DNA of 64,000 bases from Octopus vulgaris (Eukaryota), in assembly GCA_951406725.2 (NCBI GenBank), contig OX597816.1:73594001-73658000 (forward strand), given 5' to 3'. Positions within the stretch are counted from its first letter, which is position 1. Each line of letters starts with the position of its first letter. Below are positions 40,880-52,861 of this stretch, piece by piece. The position numbers and the translations under genes were made by a program. The notes under the pieces are model-generated. The model saw nothing but the letters and a program-made list of their open reading frames with translations, had not been told where the DNA came from and searched no databases.

Positions 40880-43702
40880 CACATACAAGATGTCACACCC
40901 ATAGTACTGTTGACACACTCAAACTCAGTCTGTGACACACTGATAGTACACATGAAACAACCGAAAATAGTAATATGTGTCACATATCGGCCACCAGACA
41001 CCCCTAGTCATGAAGGAGTGTTTGAAGATAGCCTCAGAAGAATAGAAGAAGTCCTGGACAAACTGGACCAGGGTAACACCATTCTACTGCTGGGAGATTT
41101 TAACCTTCCGAAAGTCAAATGGCCAGATGGCCATCTCCTCCCTGGAATGACATCACTTGAACAGAGACAGACAGAGTCCTTGTTGGCTCTCACACGCAAG
41201 TTTTTCATGGAGCAAGCAGTGCTTTGGCCAACAAGAGGTGAGAATGTCTTGGACCTCTGTTTCACAAGCAACCCGATGCTCATCCACAACATAATGGTAA
41301 CACCAACAATTCTCTCAGATCACAACTTAGTAGAGGTAATGATATATGGTATGAGAGAGTTAGTTGAGACGCAGCCATTAGAAAATACCACAGGCCTATC
41401 CAGTCTAAACTTCCATAAGGCAAACTGGAAGAAGATCAACGAAGAGATCCGAAAACATGACTGGAGTGACTTCATCACCACACAAGACACCAACACACAT
41501 TTCCAACATTTCATGACAACAATACAGAACATATGCCATAAGTTTGTCCCGGAGAAAAAAGCCAGCGGGCATAGGAACGTTATTCCCAGAGACAGGAAAA
41601 TACTTATGAGGCGAAGAGCTAAGCTCTCGAAGCAACTGAATGCACGGCAGAGAAACAATGAGGGACTCCACCTGAAACTTTTTGAAACGGAAACTGCACT
41701 CAAACTTTCCTATGAGAAGGAGAGGGCAGAGAGAGAAGCCAGGGCCATAGAGAATATTAAAACAAACCCTAAAGCCTTCTTTAAATTTGCGAAAGAAACC
41801 ACCTCGGTACACTGCAAGATTGGCCCACTCTTTGATAAAAAGGGCTCTCTAACTGAGGACCCCCAAGGGATAAGTGAAATACTAAAGGAACAGTATAAAA
41901 GTGTGTTCACATCCCCTCTGGGGCACATGCAAATCACAAACCCAGAAGTTTTCTTTGATGCCACAACACTCCAAAACCAAACAACAACCATCGACCACAT
42001 AGACATAACAGAGAGGGATGTAATATCTGCCATAGAAGAAATGAGAATAAACTCAGCTGCTGGACCAGATGGATTCCCAGCAGTCCTCCTAAAAACATGC
42101 AGGCATGCCCTAGCGGGACCACTGAAGAAGCTCTTCAGTGGTTCCTTGGCTAACGGTAAACTGCCCAGGGCGCTAAAAGAAGGCACCATATGCCCTATCC
42201 ACAAAGGAGGGAGTAGAGCAGAGGCCAAAAACTACAGGCCAGTCTCCCTGACGTCACACATAAGTAAGGTCATGGAACGAATCATCAGAAAAAAACTGAT
42301 CACGTTCCTCGAAGAAACTAACCGTCTCACTGACACACAGCATGGCTTTCGCCCAGGAAGAAGCTGCCTTACGCAGCTGTTACAACACTACGACTGGGTA
42401 CTGAAACAACTACTGGATCGCTCACAGGTGGATGTGGTATATCTCGACTTTGCGAAGGCCTTTGACAAAGTCGACCACGGAGTGATATGTCACAAATTAC
42501 TCAGACTCGGCATAACAGGAAAAGTAGGTGAGTGGATACATGACTTCCTGAAGGACAGAAGCCAGATGGTTGCAGCCAATGGAGCCCTCTCGGGAAAGAC
42601 ATCAATAGCAAGCGGGGTGCCACAGGGCACAGTCTTGAGACCCTTGCTGTTTTTGGTGGCGCTCTCTGACATGCCCTTGGTAGCACAAACAACATCCCTC
42701 ACTAGCTATGCTGATGACACAAAGGTAGCACAGGCAATCAAAAACCCAGCTGATGCTGACCTTTTACAACAAGATCTGGATGCCATATACAAATGGGCTG
42801 AAGACAACAACATGCAATTTAATGCTGGTAAATTTCAAGCCTTACAATATCAAGCTGTAAACACATATACATTACAACACAACTATACTGGTCCAGGAGG
42901 GATCGAAATCCCAGTATCGAAATCAATACGGGACCTGGGGATAGACATGAGTGACGATGCATCTTTTTCTTCACACATCGCGAAGGTGGCGACAATGTGC
43001 AGACGACTCACTGGCTGGATCCTGAGGACATTCCGGACAAGAGACTGCGAGACCATGTTGACACTATGGAGGACATTTGTCCTAAGCCGCCTGGACTACT
43101 GCTCCCAACTGTGGTCACCGCATAGTGTCAAACTAACCACAGAGCTTGAGACAATCCAAAGACATTTCACCAAGAGGATTTCCACCATGAAAGAAAAGAA
43201 CTATTGGGAGAGGCTTAGGGAACTCAATTTGTACTCCTTGGAACGAAGACGAGAGAGATATGCAGTGATATACATATGGAAAATCCTGGAGGGACTAGCA
43301 CCAAATTTTGGAATTGAGAGCTGTTCCAATCCCCGTACAGGACGTCACTGTGTGGTGCCAAAGGTCCCGTCTTCCACATCCAGGGTAAGGAGCAGATACT
43401 GTAATAGCCTGGGGTTCAGGGGCCCTCAGCTGTTCAACAAACTGCCAAGAAAACTAAGAGATCTACATGATGCGGATGTGGACATTTTCAAAAAACATAT
43501 AGACAAGCTGCTTTCCGGGATCCCAGATGAACCCACTGCAAGGTACGAAGGTAACCTAAGGGCAGCGGCTACAAACTCTCTCTTAGATCAGTGGCCAGCC
43601 ACGGCAAACTGGACTTGGAGAGGGTAGCAACAAGGGCGGTGCCCCAGCATGGCCTCAGCCGGATGACTGAAACAAGTAAAAGAGTAAAAGAGTAAAAGAG
43701 TA
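40880..43702 (+). mobile_element. 5'-truncated CR1-group LINE, young
   Basis: Uninterrupted ORF2 frame, very short 3'UTR, (GTAAAAGA)n terminal repeats. Confidence 0.96.
40910..43627 (+). CDS. LINE ORF2: partial APE endonuclease plus reverse transcriptase (no native start, 5'-truncated)
   Basis: YRPP, LLGDFN, LDL, SDH (APE); GPDG, NYRPVSLTS, QHGFRPGRSC, YLDFAKAFDKVDH, GVPQG, YADDTK (RT). Confidence 0.95.
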   Translation: MTHSNSVCDTLIVHMKQPKIVICVTYRPPDTPSHEGVFEDSLRRIEEVLDKLDQGNTILLLGDFNLPKVKWPDGHLLPGMTSLEQRQTESLLALTRKFFMEQAVLWPTRGENVLDLCFTSNPMLIHNIMVTPTILSDHNLVEVMIYGMRELVETQPLENTTGLSSLNFHKANWKKINEEIRKHDWSDFITTQDTNTHFQHFMTTIQNICHKFVPEKKASGHRNVIPRDRKILMRRRAKLSKQLNARQRNNEGLHLKLFETETALKLSYEKERAEREARAIENIKTNPKAFFKFAKETTSVHCKIGPLFDKKGSLTEDPQGISEILKEQYKSVFTSPLGHMQITNPEVFFDATTLQNQTTTIDHIDITERDVISAIEEMRINSAAGPDGFPAVLLKTCRHALAGPLKKLFSGSLANGKLPRALKEGTICPIHKGGSRAEAKNYRPVSLTSHISKVMERIIRKKLITFLEETNRLTDTQHGFRPGRSCLTQLLQHYDWVLKQLLDRSQVDVVYLDFAKAFDKVDHGVICHKLLRLGITGKVGEWIHDFLKDRSQMVAANGALSGKTSIASGVPQGTVLRPLLFLVALSDMPLVAQTTSLTSYADDTKVAQAIKNPADADLLQQDLDAIYKWAEDNNMQFNAGKFQALQYQAVNTYTLQHNYTGPGGIEIPVSKSIRDLGIDMSDDASFSSHIAKVATMCRRLTGWILRTFRTRDCETMLTLWRTFVLSRLDYCSQLWSPHSVKLTTELETIQRHFTKRISTMKEKNYWERLRELNLYSLERRRERYAVIYIWKILEGLAPNFGIESCSNPRTGRHCVVPKVPSSTSRVRSRYCNSLGFRGPQLFNKLPRKLRDLHDADVDIFKKHIDKLLSGIPDEPTARYEGNLRAAATNSLLDQWPATANWTWRG

Positions 43703-43904
43703 TACACACACACATATAACTTATTAAACAAAGTTCAATAAATTCAATCATATTTTAGGTAAATGGAGGAGATTAGATGTTAATGTGGATGATATTTTTT
43801 TATTTATGTAGCTATACGATCGTTTCATACAAAAAGCCAATAAATTCATTTTAAAAGTCTGAGCTGTCGAAAAGTACTCGTCAGTAGCGGAACATAAGAA
43901 AAAT

Positions 43905-44080
43905 GCTAAAAGGACGTTAAGATTATCTAAGTAAGGTGTTCTTACTCATTTTTGTAATGTGTTATTATTCTTTGGAATCATGTCTATTTAAAACACGACA
44001 TTTAAATAGACATGAATAATAACTCATTGCAAAAATGAGTAAGAACACAATACCTATGTAATGCTAACGTCTTTTTTAGC
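43905..44080. repeat. Diverged inverted repeat (centre of a palindromic MITE-like element)
   Basis: gttcttactcatttttgtaatg (~43938) vs cattgcaaaaatgagtaagaac (~44025); ctaaaaggacgtta vs taacgtcttttttag. Confidence 0.6.
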
Positions 44081-44889
44081 TTTACGCGAACTACCGAGCG
44101 GATGCTGCTGTATAAGGCAGCGATCCAACCGCGAAAGATGGGACCGAAACCAGCCGCTTTAAGGACAACCTCCAAGTAGTGATGGTCTACCCTATCGAAA
44201 GCTTTTGATTGATCCAAATTTATCAGAGCCCCACCCATGCCAGGATTCTTAACTGCCCTGTCTATGATTTAGCGCATCAGATGGAGGTTGTCATGAATAC
44301 ACCTACCCGGCACGGCGCATGTTTGCGCCTTGTCGACTAGTTTCTCGATGACAAGCGCCAACCACTCGGCTAACACCTTGGCCAAAATTTTCAAATCTGC
44401 GTTGAGTAGAGTGATGGGCCTGAAGTTATCTATGACGTTCCCTTTGTTTGGATCTTTCTTTAGCAGTGCCACCGATTCTCGCTTTACAAAGACGGAGATG
44501 CTCCCGTTTTGCTGCCAGTTGCAGTAGACAGCTGCCAAGACACCTCCAAACAAGTCTGGCATATGACAATAAAGTTCGTAGGGCAGACCATCCAAGCCTG
44601 GTGACTTGTCTCTCGCGCACCCTACTATCGCATCCCGTACGTCCGCGGTTGTGATGGGTTTTTCACAACACTCCGCCTCTCTTGCTGAGAGTTGTGACAG
44701 GCCATGCAGGTAGGCACTAAAGTCCTCTCTACGTTCTGATCCACCAGTTGTCCCGAACAGTCGGGCAAAGTGTTGTTGAAAGGCCTCACACATCCTTTCA
44801 AGCTCGAGTAATTCGCGCCCCTGTTCATCTGTAAGTGACCTGATGGTGACTCTGTTGCTTCGTTGCGCCTCCACCATTCAGGCCTCTCG

Positions 44890-44890
<1 letters not shown>
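44080..44890 (-). mobile_element. Tx1/L1-clade LINE ORF2 internal fragment (RT N-terminal half)
   Basis: KSPGLDGLPYE, NFRPITLLNADLKILAKVLA, LINLDQSKAFDRVDH; one in-frame stop at 44269. Confidence 0.93.
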
Positions 44891-44945
<55 letters not shown>

Positions 44946-44995
44946 CATACATACATACATACATACATACATACATACATACATACATACATACA

Positions 44996-45026
<31 letters not shown>

Positions 45027-46941
45027 GAATATTCCAACGTTCACAAATGCTGTGTGAGAATGCCTTAAATGGCTTTACAGTCTCCGATATCGTGAGTTCT
45101 CCGCCGATTTCCATGACGTCCATGTACTGAAATCGTTGAGTATTATGCTATATGTTTCAATTATAAGAATGATGACGGACTTTTAATTTGTCGTAATCTA
45201 TTTTATTCTATGTCTGCGATTGTTACTAGATTCTCTGCTTTTTTATTTCGCTTCAACACAGCAATATAATTATTTGGTATTGGAATTGCTCTTCGTGTGT
45301 TATGTGTGTGTGTATGTATGTGTGTGCGAGCGCTCATAGCACAGGGAATATCAGAGCTTATGCATACATATTACCACAATACATCCATGTTAATTACCTA
45401 TTCTCTTTGTGTATATGGTACTACATTTTCCAATGTGTCCTTCCATGATTTAATTCAACAGGCTGCTATCTGAGAGAAATTTAGCTGCTATATCTTACAA
45501 TTCATGCGCCTGCACAAAGATTTTCCCTCGTTAGCTCGAAGTAAGCTTTGTTCTTGTTAAGCATTACAGATCAGTCACATTCGAACGAAGCTATGGTGAA
45601 AAGTGTTCCAGGCATGAAAATTCCGTATTTCATACATCGAGAAACTATAATATCATTTAATATAGCCTTTAAGGTTTGGCTGCTCTTTTCAGCAGGTTGA
45701 GAGACTATAAGCCAGCTGCTTAAACAAAAACAAATTGTCTGCAGAGAAACGCTGTTCCTTCCTCTTTTATCCTTCCTCTTCCTGCTTCCTTCCTTTTCCT
45801 CTTTCTATCTTCCTATTCTTCCTTCTTCCTCTATCTTCTCTTGCCTCTATTTTACGCACTCAATTTCATATTTTCAACGTAGGTGGTTAGAATAACAGGC
45901 CAGTCAGTTTATTACTTTAGTAATTCGGTCGATTTTAGTTTGGTTTTTTTTTTTTTTTACTTTTTCTTATTTAATTCGGGAATCATAGCAGAGGAGGCTT
46001 TTAGCTCACGTATACACATATTTGATGCATAACCATCATCACAATATGATTAAATTATTATTGCTAAAATTTAAGATGATGTCAGACATATGTGTTATTT
46101 GGTAGTCAATTGGTAGAGTGATGGACTAAATAAATGATGGTAATTAGTAAATCGAGGGAAGTAACCAAGTTCATCCGGGTCCTCAGCAATGTCCTGAGAC
46201 CGATTCGCCACATTTTAATCATCACCCTCTCCATCATTTCATCATCAACATTATCGTCTTCATCATCATTACTATAGTTATGCCAATCACTCACCCAATC
46301 ACCTACACCGCAACCACTACCACCTCCATCATCATCACCACCACCACAACCTCCACTACCCCCACCGTCCCCATCATCATCATCACTATCAACGTCAATA
46401 TCATCATTCTCATCATTACTACCATCATCACCATCAACACCTTCACCATTATCTACATCACTATCCCGATCGCCATCATCATCATCATCATTACTACTGC
46501 CATCGCCACCATCTTAATCTTCTAATCACCACAATCAAAAACCACAACCGCCACCACCACCACCACCACCTCCACCTCTACCATCACAACCACCATCATA
46601 ACCATCCCACCACCACCACCACCACCACCACAACCACCACCTCTACCATCACAACCACCATCATAATCACCCCACCACCACCGCCATGCCCGCCATTACC
46701 AAAGCTATTGTTTATTGTGTTCTTCGCCGCCATTTCCTTAAGTTAGCGGAAATCTTGTTCGCTTTAATAGACTGAGAAATTGATTTCCAATCAGCAGATA
46801 TATTAAAATCAATTTATTCTATTTAATCTCGGCTGTTAGTTCATATAAAAGATTCTCATTTATATCTTGGTAGTTTTATTGATTTATTTACATATTTATT
46901 TTATTACTTGTCTATTTACTCTTTAATAATTTTCGATTTGC

Positions 46942-46993
<52 letters not shown>

Positions 46994-47358
46994 CATCATT
47001 ATTATTATTAGTAGTAGTAGTATCATTATTATTATTGTTGTTGTTGTTGTTATCATTATTGTTATTATTGTTTTTATTATTAACAGTATTGTTGTTGTTA
47101 TTATTATTGTTGTTGTTGTTTTTTATTATTATTGTTTTAGTTGTTATTTGTACGTTTGTTCGGATCGTTCTTATCAGTTCATTTCATGATCAGAACACCC
47201 AGCTCCGCCCAAAGCGATTATTTGATTGGGTGAATAAAGATAGCAGTCAAATCTCTCTACTCCACTCTATGTCTCTGTCTAGTTCTTTCCCTCTCTTTCT
47301 CTCTCTTTCTCTTTCACTGTATATGTGTGTGTGTGTGCGTGTGTAAGCACTCGCAAAT

Positions 47359-47414
<56 letters not shown>

Positions 47415-47515
47415 CATATGTATGTATGTATGTATGTATAGATAGATACATATATATATAGAGAGAGAGAGGGGTAGGAGAGAGAGATATAAACAGAAAT
47501 TAATTCATGCATTCA

Positions 47516-47600
<85 letters not shown>

Positions 47601-48084
47601 CAGATAAACAGACAAACAGACAGTCAGAAAGAGAGATACGTTTGTTAGATAGACAGACATCAAAACTCATCTGAAGCCAACGATATGGATTGGTTTTAAA
47701 TATGCTTATGTGTGAGAAATGCATGTAGACTTAAGTATCCACAGTAATGATGCAGTCTCAGAAATTTACACATACATACACACATGCACATGCATACGCA
47801 CACATACATGCACACACACACACTCACACATACAGACATATGGAGATCGGTCGGTCGGTAGATAGGTAGGTAGGTTTTATAATTTTTTTAATTTGAATTC
47901 GTCCATATGGCAGAAGCTGGTTTCTAAGGGGAAAAAAAGAACAAAGCTGAATTGCCGGAGCTTGGATATAGAAAACGATGAGTTAAATGTTGGACCTTAG
48001 AAAAGTCTTGCATATTTTTACTGTTCCGCTTGCAGGCCGTATTTGCAAAGTGTCTTTTTGAGATTAACACTTGGTCATTCACTA

Positions 48085-48205
48085 TTATAAGAAGTTTACT
48101 TCCCCAACACATGGTCCTGGGTTCAGTTCCACTGCATTGCACTTTGGGCCGATCCAAGCCTTGTAAGTAAATCTGATAGACGGAAACTGAAAGAAACCTG
48201 TCATG
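48085..48205 (+). mobile_element. SINE family A 5' fragment
   Basis: taagaagtttacttccccaacacatggtcctgggttcagttcc..gacggaaactgaaagaaacc. Confidence 0.8.
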
Positions 48206-48472
48206 TGTGTGTGTATATATATATATATATAATCTGTATATATATACACTAACACACGCACACACACACACGTGCACACACACACACACACGCAAGCACA
48301 CGCACACACGCTCGCACACACACACACACACACACACACATATGTACGTATGTACGTATGTACGTATGTAACCCTTGAAGGGTTTTAATCGAACAAATCG
48401 ACTTGCAGTGCATATTTTTTAAAGTCTGATACTGTACTTAATCTGTCGGCTCCTCTTTGACGATCCGCTAAT

Positions 48473-48520
<48 letters not shown>

Positions 48521-48779
48521 TTACTGCCGCTGATGCTGTCTAAATCTTAACCACTTCCGTCTACGCCAGCCAACATCCCTCATCTCAAAATTGTATTATT
48601 ATTGCAATATAATTCTATTCCTATTACAACTACAGTCAATGGTATTAGTGTTAATAATACAAGCAGTAGTAGGTGGTGGTAGGTGTGGTGATGCTAGGGG
48701 GGTGATAATGTTATTACTGTTGTTGTTGTTATTGTTGTTGTTCACAGTTCGTTCCAATTGAATTCATTGTTGTATTATC

Positions 48780-49360
48780 AGATTACCAGATTACAAGATC
48801 ACCGGAGTACAAGTTCGCTAGAGTACCAGATCGGCAGAGTACCAGATCACCAGTGTACCATACAACCAGACTACCATACCACCAGCCTACCATACCACCA
48901 GGCTACCATACCACCAGAGTGCTAGATAACCAGATTACTAGATCACCAGAGTGCCAGTTCACTAGAGTACCAGATCGCCAGAGTACCAGATCACCAGTGT
49001 ACCATACAACCAGACTACCATACCACCAGCCTACCATACCACCAGCCTACCATACCACCAGCCTACCATACCACCAGGCTACCATACCACCAGAGTGCTA
49101 GATAACCAGATTACTAGATCACCAGAGTGCCAGTTCACTAGAGTACAAGATCGCCAACGTACCAGATCACCAGTGTACCATACAACCAGACTACCATACC
49201 ACCAGCCTACCATACCACCAGGCTACCATACCACCAGAGTGCTAGATAACCAGATTACTAGATCACCAGAGTGCCAGTTCACTAGAGTACCAGATCGCCA
49301 GAGTACCAGATCACCAAAGTACCAGCAGAGTACTAGATCACTAGAGTACCAGGTTATCAA
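48780..49360. repeat. Higher-order minisatellite: 8-bp accagNNN monomers, 144-bp HOR
   Basis: accagatcacca marker recurs at 48841, 48985, 49161, 49305 (spacings 144, 176, 144). Confidence 0.93.
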
Positions 49361-49697
49361 ATCACTAAGCCATCAGTGTATCCCGTCGCGGTAGGCGTCG
49401 CCACCAAACACATAATCATCCTATTGTAATCGCATAACATAGATACGCATCAATAACACGCTTCATTGACGATAACGACAACGACGACGACAACATCAAC
49501 AACAACAATGATAATTTGCCTTATCATTCCGTGCCAACTCTACCGTGACGTGGGGCTAGTCAGAGTCAATTACATCTCGCTCACACATAACACAGTCAGT
49601 GAACCGTGCCTTTCCTGCAATCTTCTTTTTACTTTCTCCATTCACCCAGGCTGCTGTTATCTGAGAACAATACAGACATTGAAAACGCATTCGCTCA

Positions 49698-49754
<57 letters not shown>

Positions 49755-50122
49755 ATACACGTACGCGTATCTATATATGCAGACCATTTTAATTCATACT
49801 CGTTTAATTGAAATATGCATATATATATAGTATATATATATATATATATATACAGGAATACACAAACTAGCACGTGCGCATGGCGCGCAGACGGACGTGC
49901 AAGGACGCATAAAAACATGCATTTGCACAAAAGAGTTCATGAAACGAGACGAGCTACGATAAAGCAAAAAATAAAATTCCTCTAACCCAAAGACAGGTAT
50001 GGGGTTTCAATTCTTAATTGGAACGATTTCATTTCTTTGATACTCTTGACAAAGACCAAGCTAAATGCTGACAATGTGTTCACTTACGCATCCCCATCCG
50101 CGTACACAAACACGTAAACACA

Positions 50123-50290
50123 TACCTATTTCTTTACTGCCCACAAGGGGCTACACACAGAGGGGACAAACAAGGACAGACAAACGAATTACGTCGATTG
50201 TATCAACCCCAGTGCGTTACTGGTACTTATTTAATCGACCCTGAAAGGATGAAAGTCAAAGTCGACCTCGACGGAATTTGAACTCAGAAC
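50123..50290 (-). mobile_element. SINE family B fragment
   Basis: Matches 22340-22410 and 22620-22760. Confidence 0.88.
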
Positions 50291-50482
50291 AAAGGTCTTT
50301 TACACCCCGTTGTCGAGTGGCCGTTGACTCTAATATATTCATCCGTTCCTTAAGAGGTTTTCTTTATCGTCCTGTAGTGTCCAATGAAAACCATCCTCCT
50401 TACCAAGCAGGGTTGATAAGATTGCCGGGTTAGTGACAGGTTGTTCTAAGTACATGTTACCAACCAGTATCGTTAATGGGGA

Positions 50483-50526
<44 letters not shown>

Positions 50527-50859
50527 CTCTTTTCACTCCCGTATAACAAACCACAGTTCTCTTTCTGCGGTGCTATTTTTGTAACACACATGGTAATTTT
50601 AGAGGGAAAATACGAATTCATTCGTCTATATGGATTTGGTAGTGTTGACTATCTTCTACTATCTCCGATGGCACGGGATCGGGATGCAAGAGGTAGGTAA
50701 ATAGCATTTGCAAATCTATAACTTAATGGAATGTTGTACCGAAGACGGGAATGAATTCTTTATAATTCTAACCCAGAAACGCGTCCACAACTAACCGTTA
50801 TTTTTCCTTCTTTTTGCATATGTGAGTTACAAGTAAATGTTATATGTGGAGCTATATTT

Positions 50860-51761
50860 GTAGAAAATAGGAATTTGCAACCGAACATGTGTTGTGGTCT
50901 CAAGAAAAATGGCAAACTGTACATTTCAGTGATGTATCTAAGTTTATGTTATTTGGCTCAGATAGGAAAATGTACGTTCGTTGAAAAGTAGGTGAAAAAT
51001 TGTCGCCTAAATGCCTTAAGACTAGTGTTAAATTCGGTGGAGGAAGTGTCATGGTTTGGGGGATGATATCTGGAGATGGTGTGGGCTCTTTGATGCGATT
51101 ACACGGAAAGGTAAATGCAGGAGTTTATAAACAACTTGTAAAAGATCATGTCTTGCCTGTGCTGAGAAATTCAACTAAGCGACCACCCATATTCATGCTG
51201 GACAATGCCCCATGTCACAAGGCTAAGGTGGTCATGAACTTCCTCAAGGCTGAAAAGGTTATTATTATGGATTGGCCTGCTCAAAGCCCAGATCTCAATC
51301 CTATTGAAAATGTGTGGAATATTCTAGGAGAACGTTCGAAAGCCAGAAATCCTAAAACAACCGAGCAATTATGGAATGCCCTCCAGGAAAAATGGAATAA
51401 GATCACCTAGCAAGAAATTGAAAATTTAATTTCCTCATGCAGTCGAAGATGTCAAAGTGTGATTGAAGCTAAAGGGCTTCACACTAAATATTAAATAATT
51501 CCAGTATTCTCTGTCATTTTTGATTATTTTGTTATATTTTCAACCGTTCTGATCATTTTGGCCGGCATAGGTTTTGCAGTAAATCACTAAATCATCCATA
51601 ACTTTTGTATTATACTCTCAAATTACACTAAAATCTCAGACAATAACAATTAATATTGTATTTATTGTCTGTGAAAATTATAGAACATAAAACAACTCTG
51701 ATAAAAAAGTATACCAACTTTTCTAACGAAAACAATGCCGTTCTGAACATTTTGGCCGCAA

Positions 51762-51764
<3 letters not shown>
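50860..51764 (+). mobile_element. Tc1-family transposon, 5'-truncated, IR/DR-type right end
   Basis: VHFSDVSKF, KFGGGSVMVWG, FMLDNAPCH, WPAQSPDLNPIENVW (DD34E); direct repeats ccgttctga(t/a)cattttggccg at 51544 and 51738; ends CTG-TA. Confidence 0.93.
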
Positions 51765-51819
<55 letters not shown>

Positions 51820-51855
51820 GAAAGAATGGAGTCGAACGAAGATGTTAACAAAATT

Positions 51856-51943
51856 CCTTTACTCTCGACATACGTTTCGAAGACAACATGGTTTCATTCC
51901 AAAGGAATAAAGGGTGCATTATGCAATCTTCTCATCAGGAAAG
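51856..51943 (-). ncRNA. Second hammerhead ribozyme copy on the opposite strand
   Basis: Minus strand ctttc-CTGATGA-gaaga..tcttc-GAAA-cgtatg-TC-gagag; stem I shortened by an 8-nt deletion. Confidence 0.75.
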
Positions 51944-52160
51944 CCTCTCTCGACAACAAGACAAACAAAAATTTCGATGACTGCCTACATGGTAAACAAA
52001 TAGGTTGTTCCTACCTATTATTCCTTTAACCCTTCTCTTCCTACTATCTATCTTTGACGTCAATTCTTCTAACGGTTTTTTTAAAAACACTCATTATCGT
52101 TTTGTTTACCATGTAGGCAGTCATCGAAATTTTTGTTTGTCTTGTTGTCGAGAGAGGCTC

Positions 52161-52253
52161 CCTTTCTTTCCTGATGAGAAGATTGCATAATGCACCCTTT
52201 ATTCCTTTAGAATGAAACCATGTTGTCTTCGAAACATATGTCGAGAGTAAAGG
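52161..52253 (+). ncRNA. Type I hammerhead ribozyme (predicted cleavage after GUC at 52242)
   Basis: Stem I cctttctttc / gagag-t-aaagg; CTGATGA 52171-52177; stem II gaagattgcat / atgttgtcttc; GAAA 52231-52234; palindromic catatg stem III; TC. Confidence 0.85.
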
Positions 52254-52637
52254 AATTTTGTTAACATCTTCGTTCGACTCCATTCTTTCATTTATTCATA
52301 TACAACACACAAATTTCTGCACGTGAACCCGGAGTTTCTACCCTTGGACAAGTCGCTTCAACCTTGTTTCTGACGTGAATTTGCTACCCAGGTTTCGGTT
52401 CAACGAATTTTCCATGCTGACGATAAACATAGGATAATTCATTCACCTATTTAAATATTCTTGAACCGAAACCTGGGTAGCAAATTCACGTCAGAAACAA
52501 GGTTGAGGCGACTTGTCCAAGGGTAGAAACTCCGGGTTCACGTGCAGAAATTTGTGTGTTGTATATGAATAAATGAAAGAATGGAGTCGAACGAAGATGT
52601 TAACAAAATTCCTTTACTCTCGACATATGTTTCGAAG

Positions 52638-52725
<88 letters not shown>

Positions 52726-52827
52726 TGTGTATGTATGTATGTATGTATGTATGTATGTATGTATGTATGTGTATGTATGTATACATATATATATATACAT
52801 ACATACATACATACATACATACATACA

Positions 52828-52861
<34 letters not shown>

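Larger units (their letters stand above)
51815..52644. mobile_element. Doubly inverted non-coding Penelope/retrozyme-like element in (TA)n
   Basis: 51815-52000 is the reverse complement of 52101-52294; 52461-52644 is the reverse complement of 52220-52403; contains hammerhead cores. Confidence 0.8.

Noticed and set aside
41008-42702. Antisense ORFs within the LINE
   Set aside because: Shadow frames of ORF2
48780-49360. CRISPR-like array
   Set aside because: No unique spacers, no cas genes, eukaryotic context
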